A stretch of DNA of 64,000 nucleotides from Desulfobacteraceae bacterium (GCA_003597945.1 QZJS01000003.1:4039-68038), one strand, 5' to 3'. Shown: positions 20,128 to 29,524, numbered from the stretch's first letter. Notes: a model not told the origin generated them from the letters alone. Numbers and translations: made by a program.

Positions 20128-22500
20128 ATGTTTCATGCAAAAAAAAATATTCTTAACCAAATGATAATGTTTGGTCTTTTGGTCAGCGTGGGATTCGCCA
20201 CACTTCTTTACGGAGCCTCCCCGATAATGGCCGCCGACGCGCCGGACCTTGGCACGGCAGGCACATTTGGCGTTCTTGCAGATACCTATACCAATACGGT
20301 GGCTGGAACCACGATCAACGGCGATCTTGGGTATACTACCGGACCGGCTGTAACGCCCACGGTGAACGGCACGACACATGTGGCAGATGGTACATATGAC
20401 CAGGCAGGGTTGGATCAATCCTCCGCCTTGGCGGATCTGAACGGTCAATCCTGTATTTCTCTCGGCACCGGTGCGGTTAATCTGGACACTATAGATATTG
20501 GAAGTGGTCCGGGCGTATTTACTCCCGGGTGCTATTCCTCCGGCGGCGCAATGAATATCACCGTAAACCAGACAGTGACACTCAGTGGGCCCGGCGTTTA
20601 CATCTTCAGGCCGGGCGGGGCGCTTACTACAGGAGCCGATACCCAAATTGTCTTGGATGGTGACATCTGCGAATACGATGTATTTTGGGCTCCTGCCGGC
20701 GCTACGACAATTGGAGCAAACACTGACTTCGTGGGAAATATCCTCGACCCTGCCGGTATTACGATAGGAGCAAATGCAACCTTGGAAGGAAGAGCCCTGG
20801 GATTTGGCGGAACAGTCACGACAGATACAAATTTAATTACTGTCCCTGTTTGCCCTTTGATCTCGGCAAAGCTGGGGTTGCTAAAGACGATTGACAACAC
20901 GGGCGGCGGAACGGCGACGGTGGATCAGTTCACACTGACGGCCACCGGCAACCCATGGACCGGACCGACGATTGTCACGGGCACCTCGCCGGTGACGGCG
21001 ATCGATGCACCGGTGGGCGTCTATACGATTACTGAAACCGGGCCGGATGGGTATGTAGCTGCGTTTAGCGTCAGCGGCGGCGGCACCCTGGTCGGCAACA
21101 ATTTGACGATCACGGAGGCCGACGCGGGCAATACCATTATCGTCACCATCCACAATACATACGTTCCCGCGATCGCGGCAAAGCTGGGCTTGCTAAAGAC
21201 CATCGACAACACGGGCGGGGGTACGGCGACAGCAGGCCAGTTCACATTGACGGCCACCGGCGACGCATCCACCGGACCGACGATTGTCACGGGCACCTCG
21301 CCGGTGACAGCGGTCGATGCACCGGTGGGCGTCTATACGATTACGGAGACCGGGCCGAATGGATACATCGGTACCTTCAGCGTCAGCGGCGGCGGCACCC
21401 TGGCCGGCAACATCTTGACGATCACAGAGGCAGATGCGGGCAAGACCATTATCGTCACCATCCACAATACATACGTTCCCGCGATCGCGGCAAAGCTGGG
21501 CTTGCAAAAGACCATCGACAACACGGGCGGGGGTACGGCGACAACAGGTCAGTTCACATTGACGGCCACCGGAAACCCATGGACCGGACCGACGATAGTC
21601 ACGGGCACCTCACCGGTGACGGCGGTCAATGTACCGGTGGGCGTCTATGCGATTACGGAGACCGGGCCGGATGGATACATCGGTACGTTTAGCGTCAGCG
21701 GCGGCGGCACCCTGGTCGGCAACAATTTGACGATCACGGAGGCCGACGCGGGAAAGACTATTATCGTCACCATCCACAACACATACGTTCCCGGGATCGC
21801 GGCAAAGCTGGGCTTGCTAAAGACGATTGATAACACGGGCGGCGGAACGGCGACAGCAGGTCAGTTCACGCTGATCGCCACCGGCGACGCATCTACCGGA
21901 TCGACGATTGTCACGGGCACCTCGCCGGTGACGGCGGTCAATGTGCCGGTGGGCGTCTATACGATCACGGAAACCGGGCCGGATGGGTACATCGGTACGT
22001 TTAGCGTCAGCGGCGGCGGCGCCTTAGTCGGCAATAAACTGACGATCACGGAGGCGGATGCGGGCAAGACCATCACCGTCACCACCACCAACACATACGT
22101 TCCCGCCATCGCGACAAAGCTGGGCTTGCTAAAGACCGTGAATGGCGGAACGGCCAAGGCGGTGGATTTCACCCTGACGGCCACCGGCGACACATCCACC
22201 GGATCGACGATTGTCACGGGCACGACGCCGGTGACGGCGGTCAATGTACCGGTGGGCGTCTATACGATTACCGAGACCGGGCCGGTTGGATACACGGCCG
22301 GATTTACTGTCAGCGGCGGCACATTAGCCGGCAACAAGTTGACGATCACGGCGGCGGATGCGGGCAAAACCATTATCATTACCGTCGCCAACACCTTCTC
22401 CCCCATCCCCACGCTTTCCGAGTGGGGCATGATCATCCTCATGATGCTTGCGGGGCTTACATTCATGTATTCCCTCAAGAAACGGAAGGAAACAATTTAA
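20128..22500 (+). CDS. IPTL-CTERM-sorted surface protein: ice-binding-like (DUF3494) domain + 5 tandem 104-aa repeats
   Basis: Start at ATG 20128 (MFHAKK..., GGGAGG RBS). LGTAGTFGVLADTYTNTVAGTTINGDLGYTTGP is the DUF3494 signature. The C-terminus PIPTLSEWGMIILMMLAGLTFMYSLKKRK is an IPTLxxWG-CTERM sorting signal. Confidence 0.85.
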   Translation: MFHAKKNILNQMIMFGLLVSVGFATLLYGASPIMAADAPDLGTAGTFGVLADTYTNTVAGTTINGDLGYTTGPAVTPTVNGTTHVADGTYDQAGLDQSSALADLNGQSCISLGTGAVNLDTIDIGSGPGVFTPGCYSSGGAMNITVNQTVTLSGPGVYIFRPGGALTTGADTQIVLDGDICEYDVFWAPAGATTIGANTDFVGNILDPAGITIGANATLEGRALGFGGTVTTDTNLITVPVCPLISAKLGLLKTIDNTGGGTATVDQFTLTATGNPWTGPTIVTGTSPVTAIDAPVGVYTITETGPDGYVAAFSVSGGGTLVGNNLTITEADAGNTIIVTIHNTYVPAIAAKLGLLKTIDNTGGGTATAGQFTLTATGDASTGPTIVTGTSPVTAVDAPVGVYTITETGPNGYIGTFSVSGGGTLAGNILTITEADAGKTIIVTIHNTYVPAIAAKLGLQKTIDNTGGGTATTGQFTLTATGNPWTGPTIVTGTSPVTAVNVPVGVYAITETGPDGYIGTFSVSGGGTLVGNNLTITEADAGKTIIVTIHNTYVPGIAAKLGLLKTIDNTGGGTATAGQFTLIATGDASTGSTIVTGTSPVTAVNVPVGVYTITETGPDGYIGTFSVSGGGALVGNKLTITEADAGKTITVTTTNTYVPAIATKLGLLKTVNGGTAKAVDFTLTATGDTSTGSTIVTGTTPVTAVNVPVGVYTITETGPVGYTAGFTVSGGTLAGNKLTITAADAGKTIIITVANTFSPIPTLSEWGMIILMMLAGLTFMYSLKKRKETI
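20866..22401 (+). repeat. five tandem 312-bp coding repeats (last one 288 bp)
   Basis: Units start at 20866, 21178, 21490, 21802 and 22114, each opening GCAAAGCTGGG(C/G)TTGCTAAAGAC. Nucleotide identity between units is high. Confidence 0.9.
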
Positions 22501-22524
22501 ACAAATCTCGCGAAAAATGAGTAA

Positions 22525-22553
22525 AGGGCGAGGGTTTTTTCCTCGCCCTTTTT
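22525..22553 (+). terminator. rho-independent terminator
   Basis: AGGGCGAGG-gtttttt-CCTCGCCCT-TTTT, 25 nt after the stop of CDS 20128-22500. It is homologous to the terminator at 34645-34674. Confidence 0.7.
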
Positions 22554-22580
22554 ACAACTCCGACGAATAAGGGAAATCGG

Positions 22581-23108
22581 ATGAACCTTTTACCGCGGCT
22601 GTTTTGGAATAACGCCTGGAAAATCCGATTTTTTTTCGGATTTATCGCCCTGTTTATTTTTTTTCTGACCATCCAGTATTTCACCCTTTCATACACGTCG
22701 CCCTTTCTGGTGGATACCATGACCATCCGGGCCAGCTCGATCCTCATCAATGTCATCACGCCGGACGAAAAAACCATGGTCGAGGGTAGCGCCATTATCG
22801 GCAAAGCAACAGTGGTCGTCATGCGCGGGTGCGAAGGGGTCGAAGTGATGCTGATGCTGATCGCGGCGGTCATCGCCTTTCCGGCCGGCATCCGGTACAA
22901 GATCTTCGGCATTATCGCCGGAACCCTGATTATATATATCTTCAACCTGTTAAGAATCGCAGGGCTCTACTATACCATCAGATACAGGCCGGACCTGTTT
23001 GACATGATGCACATCTATGCGGGACAGACCTTAATCATCCTTCTTTTCCTGATTTTATTTATTTTCTGGGTGAGCGGAATTGAACACAACCCCCCAAGCA
23101 ACCGTTAA
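22581..23108 (+). CDS. xrtH: exosortase H (IPTLxxWG-CTERM-specific)
   Basis: 175-aa polytopic membrane protein with the exosortase catalytic pattern: Cys (RGCEGVEV), Arg (NLLRIAG) and His (MHIYAGQ). Two IPTL-CTERM cargo genes are in the window. Confidence 0.8.
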   Translation: MNLLPRLFWNNAWKIRFFFGFIALFIFFLTIQYFTLSYTSPFLVDTMTIRASSILINVITPDEKTMVEGSAIIGKATVVVMRGCEGVEVMLMLIAAVIAFPAGIRYKIFGIIAGTLIIYIFNLLRIAGLYYTIRYRPDLFDMMHIYAGQTLIILLFLILFIFWVSGIEHNPPSNR

Positions 23109-23811
23109 TCCAAGCCGCCGGCAACTGCGCGCATTGATGCTCCGGCTTGTGCCGGCCGGCATCTTCTTTATCTTTTTATTTTTCCTGATCAATCCATTTT
23201 ACGTCCGGTTCTATCGACCGCTGATCGCGGCGCAAGTGGAATGGATGGATTCGGCATATGACGTGGAAAAAAGTGAGATCCTCACCATTAACCGGGTTCA
23301 ATACCTCCAATACACCATCACGGTCAGCAAGCCCGTTCCAAACCGGCCGTATGCCCCGGGGGAAATGGGAAACACCTTTCAGCTCAAGGCTCAGGCCAAT
23401 ACCCTGTGCATCGCGCCGATTATCGTGTTTTCATTAATTCTGGCCTGGCCTGGGTTGCCCTTGTTAACGCGCGTGCAGACCTTTCTCATCTCGCTGCCGC
23501 TTATCGTTCTGGTTAATGCCTTGGATCTGCCCATGATTTTTATCGCCATTATCGAATCCGTCCATTCGACCAGCACCATCGGCAGCACGGCCCTTTCAGT
23601 CTGGTCGCACATCCTGAACGGGGGGCGCCAGTTTCTGGCCCTGGTGGCTTTTCTGATCAGCATTGCCCCGATATATATCCGGCTCGACCATCGTCCGCCG
23701 ATCGAGGCAAGCCGAAGAACCAGCGCGCCAACGATCACGCCCCGCAGAAATGATCCATGTCCCTGTGGTTCCGGGGAAAAATACAAAAATTGCTGCCTAC
23801 CAGACCATTGA
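23080..23811 (+). CDS. exosortase H-associated polytopic membrane protein with C-terminal SEC-C zinc motif
   Basis: 243 aa with several TM helices. It ends [17 protein letters not shown], the same motif as the SecA C-terminus at 50762. It overlaps xrtH by 29 nt; the start is TTG and uncertain. Confidence 0.6.
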   Translation: MNTTPQATVNPSRRQLRALMLRLVPAGIFFIFLFFLINPFYVRFYRPLIAAQVEWMDSAYDVEKSEILTINRVQYLQYTITVSKPVPNRPYAPGEMGNTFQLKAQANTLCIAPIIVFSLILAWPGLPLLTRVQTFLISLPLIVLVNALDLPMIFIAIIESVHSTSTIGSTALSVWSHILNGGRQFLALVAFLISIAPIYIRLDHRPPIEASRRTSAPTITPRRNDPCPCGSGEKYKNCCLPDH

Positions 23812-23847
23812 TCTGTCACTCGGATCAACTACACCAAGACAAACCTG

Positions 23848-24000
23848 AAAAAGGCCATATGCGACCATCGGTTACATGTGGCCCTTTTGTTATGGTTTTC
23901 ATACCTGTCCTGAAAGTGTTAATTATATAAATTTATTATAATAAATCAATACGATGCCATCAACGAGTCTGAGTGTTTGAAACTTGGCACAAAGATTGAA
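23848..24000 (+). promoter_or_regulatory. sigma-54 promoter cassette C
   Basis: GGCCATATGCGACC (23853-23866) plus ATGTGGCC (23876-23883). AATCA at 23944. TGGCAC (23985-23990)-aaaga-TTGA (23996-23999). Confidence 0.7.
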
Positions 24001-24077
24001 TTATAAAAAGAAGTGAATAGGAATCTAAAAGGACAAGCTGTTTTCAACAATTTAAATAAATCCAACGGAGGCAGCCA

Positions 24078-24371
24078 ATGAAAGACAAACGAAAAGCCTA
24101 CGAAGAAAAGCTTGCAGCGAATTTGGAAGAGGCATGGGACACGCAGCTTGCTCTGTTAAAGGCCATGACGGAAAAAGCCACGGCTGAGGCGAAGATTGAA
24201 TACAACGAAATCGCCGAAGCCTTGCAGCACAAGCAAGATCAGGCCAGAAAAAAGTTGCGGAAGCTCAAAGCCGCAAGCGACGGGGCTTGGGAAGACATCA
24301 TAACAGGCGCGGAAAAGGCCTGGACTGAAGTCACCAACGCCTTTCACGCCTCAAACATAAAGTTCCAATGA
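24078..24371 (+). CDS. small coiled-coil protein
   Basis: 97 aa, helical and charged. GGAGG RBS. First gene after cassette C. Confidence 0.5.
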   Translation: MKDKRKAYEEKLAANLEEAWDTQLALLKAMTEKATAEAKIEYNEIAEALQHKQDQARKKLRKLKAASDGAWEDIITGAEKAWTEVTNAFHASNIKFQ

Positions 24372-24405
24372 TTCCCAAATTCTAAACTTCAGGAGATTAT
24401 ACAAT

Positions 24406-24702
24406 ATGACAAAGACAAAAGATAATACCAAAACAATGCACAAGGAAATGCAGCAGATATGGAACCATGCCCAGGCACTCGTGGACGCCACTTCCGGAGA
24501 GCTCGACGACCGGATCAAATCCGCCAGAACCGCTCTGAAGGAACGTCTTGAAACCGCCAAAAGCGAATACGGCGAACTTGAAGACAGGCTGATGGAAAAG
24601 GTTCAGGCCGCAGATGAGTTCATTCACGAAAAACCATACTATGCCATCGGCGGCACGCTTATCGCCGGCCTGTTTTTAGGCTGGTTCATGTTCAGGAAAT
24701 AA
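24406..24702 (+). CDS. YqjD/ElaB-family (DUF883) membrane-anchored stress protein
   Basis: 98 aa: a helical body plus the C-terminal EKPYYAIGGTLIAGLFLGWFMFRK tail-anchor typical of DUF883. Confidence 0.8.
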   Translation: MTKTKDNTKTMHKEMQQIWNHAQALVDATSGELDDRIKSARTALKERLETAKSEYGELEDRLMEKVQAADEFIHEKPYYAIGGTLIAGLFLGWFMFRK

Positions 24703-24703
24703 C

Positions 24704-25093
24704 ATGGACAAGCAATCGCATATTATTTCCGGATACACAGGCGCCGCCGGCCGGCTCGGCGGGATAGCCGCCCAGATCCTCCAGGATCGTTTGGAACTTT
24801 TGGCCCTGGAACTGCGCGAGGCCAATATTCGTTTTGTCCAAATATTGCTCCTGGCCGCCATCGGCGTGTCCTTTTTCATGCTCGGACTTTTGTTGCTGGT
24901 TCTGGCCGTGGTTTACGTCTTGCCGCCCGAATGGCGGTTTTATGGATTGGCGGCGGCAGCAGCGGCCGGTATTCTGGCGGGAGCGGCAGTCTTTTTCGCC
25001 CTGCGGCGGCATCTTCAACGAAAGCAGTTGGCCTTTGACCAGAGTTTGACCGAACTAAAGAAGGATACGGCATGTTTCTCGACCAGGAACTGA
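24704..25093 (+). CDS. YqjE-like (DUF1469 / phage-holin-family) membrane protein
   Basis: 129 aa. RLELLALELREA is followed by two TM helices, as in E. coli YqjE. It starts 2 nt after the upstream stop. Confidence 0.65.
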   Translation: MDKQSHIISGYTGAAGRLGGIAAQILQDRLELLALELREANIRFVQILLLAAIGVSFFMLGLLLLVLAVVYVLPPEWRFYGLAAAAAAGILAGAAVFFALRRHLQRKQLAFDQSLTELKKDTACFSTRN

Positions 25094-25287
25094 AATCCAT
25101 CCAGGAGACCAAGGATCGTCTGGCCATATGTTGCGACCTGCGCCGCCGTCTGGTCGAGATTGAAGTCCGGGGCCTCTGGGGCGGCATGCGCCGCACGATC
25201 TCGAATCTGTCTTTGGGATTGGCCGTGGCCGCACAGTTTTTCGGTCTTCTGCGTGAGCGCAAAAGCCGCAACAAAAATAAAGCATAA
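25072..25287 (+). CDS. YqjK-like small protein
   Basis: 71 aa, overlapping the previous gene by 22 nt. It has a helical N-terminus plus one hydrophobic segment. Assignment is by position in a yqjD-yqjE-yqjK-like order. Confidence 0.4.
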   Translation: MFLDQELKSIQETKDRLAICCDLRRRLVEIEVRGLWGGMRRTISNLSLGLAVAAQFFGLLRERKSRNKNKA

Positions 25288-25332
25288 TTAAACCGCTTAG
25301 GCGGGCATTATACCATCAATACTTTTATACAT

Positions 25333-26406
25333 ATGCGTAATTTCTACGCGCGGTATGAACGACCGATCTCGTCGGCGTCGCTGGTGAGCGGATTCGTCTT
25401 TACCTCCCTGACGTTAACGCGCGTGGATATGTTTCTGGAAAATTTATGGGTCGTCGCGCACCTGCTCGTCGTGGCGGTCTGCATTGTATGGATCAATCTG
25501 CTGGAAAACGAAAATCAGGTTGAAAAAGATCCATCCAAAATGAATTTCTGGTTGGTGAACGTTTTACAATTCGTCTTCGGCGGCATTCTGTCCACCTTCC
25601 TGGTTTTTTATTTTCGCAGCGCCGACTTGTCCAACAGTTGGCCCTTTATTCTTCTGCTTGCGCTGGCGTTTTGGGCCAATGAATCGTTAAAGGGCCGATT
25701 TGCCCGGTTGAATTTTCAAATTTCCCTTTTTTACCTGTCGGTCTTTTCTTTCACTATTTTTTTTGTTCCAGTGGCAATGCGGGCCATTGGTTATAAAGTT
25801 TTTCTGATATCGGGCGCGGTCAGCCTCATCACCATCAGTCTTTTCGTGTCTATTCTCGCCGCTGTCGCGTGGAAACGCCTCCGGCGGAGTATAAAATCCG
25901 TAGTTGCGGCCATTGCCGCCATTTTTGTTGCGATCAACATTCTATACTTTACAAATATCATTCCGCCGATCCCGCTGTCGCTTATTGACGGCGGGGCCTA
26001 TCATTGTGTTGAAAAAAACGCAGCCGGAAATTATGTCGTGCAATATGAAGATAGGGGTTGGCGCGGCTATGTCACGTTTTATCCGGATTTTCATCTTCAA
26101 GCCGGCGCTCCGGTCTATGTTTACAGTGCGGTATTTTCGCCGCCGTTTCTCGATACGACCATCGTTCACGAATGGCAGTATAAAAATCCGAAAACAAAAT
26201 CATGGAGCGACTGCGAACGCATTAAATTACCGGTAGTCGGCGGACGGAACGGCGGTTTTCGAACCTATTCAATGAAAACAGGCATCATCCCCGGCCACTG
26301 GCGCGTCACGGTGGCGACCCAGAAAGGCGCGGTAATCGGCCGGATGCGTTTTAATGTCGTGGCCGCAGATACAAAACCGCCTTTAAAAACAAAAATCAAT
26401 GACTAA
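25333..26406 (+). CDS. polytopic membrane protein with C-terminal DUF2914-like domain
   Basis: 357 aa: about 6 TM helices, then a soluble beta-rich C-terminus (GHWRVTVATQKGAVIGRMRFNV). Confidence 0.55.
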   Translation: MRNFYARYERPISSASLVSGFVFTSLTLTRVDMFLENLWVVAHLLVVAVCIVWINLLENENQVEKDPSKMNFWLVNVLQFVFGGILSTFLVFYFRSADLSNSWPFILLLALAFWANESLKGRFARLNFQISLFYLSVFSFTIFFVPVAMRAIGYKVFLISGAVSLITISLFVSILAAVAWKRLRRSIKSVVAAIAAIFVAINILYFTNIIPPIPLSLIDGGAYHCVEKNAAGNYVVQYEDRGWRGYVTFYPDFHLQAGAPVYVYSAVFSPPFLDTTIVHEWQYKNPKTKSWSDCERIKLPVVGGRNGGFRTYSMKTGIIPGHWRVTVATQKGAVIGRMRFNVVAADTKPPLKTKIND

Positions 26407-26516
26407 AGGTGTTGTAATATTTTAGTCCCCAGGCCCGCATGATTGTCTGATTTTTTCCAATACCTCCACCCCTTAAAAAAAGGAATCTGTTTCCAGCCAC
26501 TTCCATAAAATTCCGG

Positions 26517-26681
26517 AAAAAAGGTACTATATGACCACAGGGTAATATGTGGCCTTTTCCCCGGAAGGGTTGATTACTTTCCTGAAAGTTCAAGCGTCTT
26601 CAAGCTTAATTAATTATACATAAAAATCAGTATTATATGAGAATATTCTATAAGAAATAGAACCCTGGCACGACAATTGAA
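26517..26681 (+). promoter_or_regulatory. sigma-54 promoter cassette D
   Basis: GGTACTATATGACC (26523-26536) plus ATGTGGCC (26547-26554). AATCA at 26625. TGGCAC (26666-26671)-gacaa-TTGA (26677-26680). The UAS-to-promoter spacer is 10 bp longer than in the other cassettes. Confidence 0.7.
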
Positions 26682-26830
26682 TTATTGAAAGCAGTCAGTA
26701 AAAAAACCCCCGGAAACGGTTTCCGAGAACTGCAAAAAAATTAAAGCCAAAAAAGGAGAAATGCCATGAGAAAAAGCGTCCGCGTCACACTATTATTCAT
26801 AACAATATCAACCAAAGGAGGAACAGCAAT

Positions 26831-29443
26831 ATGAAAAGATACACTAAAACGCATTGGATCAGGATAGTCGTCTTGTCGCTTATGTGTTTGTGCGCTGCAT
26901 CGCTTATGGGATGCAATGACGACGACTGCAAAAAAGACGGCGTAAATGCCACGGTCGGTTCCCTTAATATCAATGCAACTCCGGCATCCGCCACAGTGGT
27001 TGTGACAGGTCCGGATGGTTTCACGGAGACCTTCACCGGCAATCAATTTCTATCTGATTTGGAGCCGGGCGAATACAGGGTGGATGTAAGCGCGCCCGAG
27101 TTCTATGGTACGAACCAGACAATAAACGTCGTCGCCGGCCATACTTCAAGCATTTCTCTGGCTCTTCAGGCGTCATCGATCATCTCCGAGGCGCCCCGCG
27201 CCGTGTATCGCGACGATAAAGGGAACCTCATTCCGATTGACATCGACAAAATGTCGTCCGGGCAGTTCGTCTTTTACGCCTGGCTTGAGGACAAACCCTC
27301 GGGGATCAACACAAACAAATTAAACGCCGCCAGCGTCAGCGATCCCGGTAAACCCCTGGTCGCCGAGCAGAAAGAAGATGCGCCGAGTTTTACCCAGAAC
27401 CTTGCCGCCGCGTGGGTCGGGTTCAAGGATGACAAAGGGGTTGTCCGACCTGTGATCGGCGCGGATGTCCGCTGGGAAATCGACCAGTGGTACACCGATA
27501 GAGTCAACAGCATGCAGTTCGGTACGTCCGATGACAACAGGGTCGCCAGCGATTACGGAATCTATGACGACATGGCGTATACACGCACCAATAACTCCCG
27601 CTTGGAGGCCGAGCGCTTCCCCTTTGCCATGAGCGAATACCCCCTCTACAATAAAACAGGGGTCAGCTCTCCCTTTGTGGACGGTTTTACCTGGGTGACG
27701 CTGTTCTCACCGGACGCGGAAGCCTCGGGCCGTATCGTCGCCGTAGCCACCATCGACGGTGAAGAAATCGGAAAGCAGATTCTGTATAAGAATTTCGCGC
27801 CCGCACCGGAACTCCAGATCACCAAGAAAGTCGACAAGGATATTGTAAACCTTGTCAACGGCACCGCTTCGGTCACCTGGACCGTCACCGTTAAAAATGT
27901 TGGCCTGGGCGACGCCGACAAGGTCGATCTCAAAGACATCCTCGCATCGGGCGCGGGAGCCAGCTACACCCTCAGCTCACTTCCCGCGGGAAGCACACCG
28001 GTCGGCGATGGATTCACCCTTTCATTCCCGCTTCCTGCCGGGGAAAATAAAGTCTTGACCTTCACGGGCACCGTGACCGAGCCCGGCACATACTGCAATG
28101 AAGCCCAGATCCTTGATCTCGAGGCCCAGGCCTGTTTTACGGCCCTGGAGTCGAATGTGTCGATCATCAAGGATTTCGTAGCCAATGACAACACAACGAG
28201 TCTTGGCAAGTCCCTGACCGTGGCGGCCAATGAAGTCGCCAAGCTGCGCGTGCGGGTGACCAACAAAGGCACGGGCGCCGCAACGGGCGTCAAAGTAAAC
28301 GACGTGCTTACCAGCGGCGGTGCGGCAAATTACGAGATCATCACCCCGCCGACGGGCAGTACGCGAAACTCAACCGACGGCTTTGACATCACCATCGGCA
28401 ACCTCGCCGCAGGGGCCACCGAGACCTTGTTGTTTACGGTCAAGGCATCTTCTGATGGCGTATACTGCGACACGGCTACCGTCACGGCCACTTCCGGAAA
28501 TATCGGAATCGGCAGCGACAGGGCCTGCCTGACCGTGGCCACGCCCAAGCTCGACATCACGAAAGTTGACGCGCCGAAAAACGTTCTTCCGGGCGCCACC
28601 TACACCTCAACCATCGTCGTGCGCAATACCGGCACGGCCGCTGCTAAAAATGTCGTCATCAGCGACAGCATCGGTCTCAACTCCGCTGCAAACGTCCGGG
28701 CCGTTTACGTCAGTTCGAGCCTGGACGGCTTGAGCGGCACTCTGGCAGGCAATACCGTAACAGCCAAAGCGGTCGATATAAAGGCGGGCGGGAGCATCAC
28801 CTTCACCGTGGTGAGCCGTATTCCGCTTGGCGCGGCCAGCGGCACGTATTGCAACACGGCAAAATTCACCAGCGATAATGCCGGCACCAAGCAGGCCGAA
28901 GATTGTGTCAATGTCCCGGCCTTCTCGGCCCTCCAGACCCAGCTCATTGATCTCAATGATCCGGTGGCGGTGGGAAGCAACGTCACTTATTTCTCGACCC
29001 TCTATGTCGAAACCCTCTCAAACGAGGGGGTGGGCAACAACAAGCTGACGTTCAGCTTCGGGCTCACCAGTCCCGATGTCCTCGGGATCCCGGGCGTCTT
29101 TAAGGTAATCTCGACGTCGGTCTATCTTGACACCAAGCCGATTAGAGATCCCGTAACGGGCTCCGTCGTCTCGGATTCCTCAAATGCCACCGCCCAATTA
29201 GAGGTGGAGGGTACCGACTATACCTTGTCGACCCAGCTCGGCAAGCAGGTAATCACCATGACCCCGCGCGTCGTCCTGCAACCGGATACGGCGCTCTATG
29301 TCGCACATGTGGTTGAAGTTCCGAGCGGAACGCCAACCAACAAAATGTACACCACGAGCTATATCTGGGATGCGGTCGGCTTAGTCAACCCGGGCAATAC
29401 TTACGAATCCAGCTCGTCCGAACCCACGACCGTTCTTCCATAG
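26831..29443 (+). CDS. large surface lipoprotein with PEGA-like domain and multiple DUF11 repeats
   Basis: 870 aa with lipobox SLMGC. NINATPASATVVVTG...EPGEYRVDVSAPEFY is PEGA-like. Repeats follow the pattern ITK...V.V.N.G...A..V.v.D.L (DUF11). Confidence 0.8.
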   Translation: MKRYTKTHWIRIVVLSLMCLCAASLMGCNDDDCKKDGVNATVGSLNINATPASATVVVTGPDGFTETFTGNQFLSDLEPGEYRVDVSAPEFYGTNQTINVVAGHTSSISLALQASSIISEAPRAVYRDDKGNLIPIDIDKMSSGQFVFYAWLEDKPSGINTNKLNAASVSDPGKPLVAEQKEDAPSFTQNLAAAWVGFKDDKGVVRPVIGADVRWEIDQWYTDRVNSMQFGTSDDNRVASDYGIYDDMAYTRTNNSRLEAERFPFAMSEYPLYNKTGVSSPFVDGFTWVTLFSPDAEASGRIVAVATIDGEEIGKQILYKNFAPAPELQITKKVDKDIVNLVNGTASVTWTVTVKNVGLGDADKVDLKDILASGAGASYTLSSLPAGSTPVGDGFTLSFPLPAGENKVLTFTGTVTEPGTYCNEAQILDLEAQACFTALESNVSIIKDFVANDNTTSLGKSLTVAANEVAKLRVRVTNKGTGAATGVKVNDVLTSGGAANYEIITPPTGSTRNSTDGFDITIGNLAAGATETLLFTVKASSDGVYCDTATVTATSGNIGIGSDRACLTVATPKLDITKVDAPKNVLPGATYTSTIVVRNTGTAAAKNVVISDSIGLNSAANVRAVYVSSSLDGLSGTLAGNTVTAKAVDIKAGGSITFTVVSRIPLGAASGTYCNTAKFTSDNAGTKQAEDCVNVPAFSALQTQLIDLNDPVAVGSNVTYFSTLYVETLSNEGVGNNKLTFSFGLTSPDVLGIPGVFKVISTSVYLDTKPIRDPVTGSVVSDSSNATAQLEVEGTDYTLSTQLGKQVITMTPRVVLQPDTALYVAHVVEVPSGTPTNKMYTTSYIWDAVGLVNPGNTYESSSSEPTTVLP

Positions 29444-29492
29444 AGGCGGTCCTACCCCGCGGATAAACGCGGGCAGTTTCATCAGTTTGTCA

Positions 29493-29524
29493 GAAAACCC
29501 GCGGGGGAAACTCCGCGGGTTTTC
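29493..29524 (+). terminator. rho-independent terminator
   Basis: GAAAACCCGCGG-gggaaact-CCGCGGGTTTTC, 50 nt after the stop of CDS 26831-29443. Confidence 0.7.

Noticed and set aside
20866-22401. Regular direct repeats that could superficially suggest a CRISPR-like array
   Set aside because: The units are 312 bp, contiguous without spacers, and in frame within one long ORF that encodes protein repeats.
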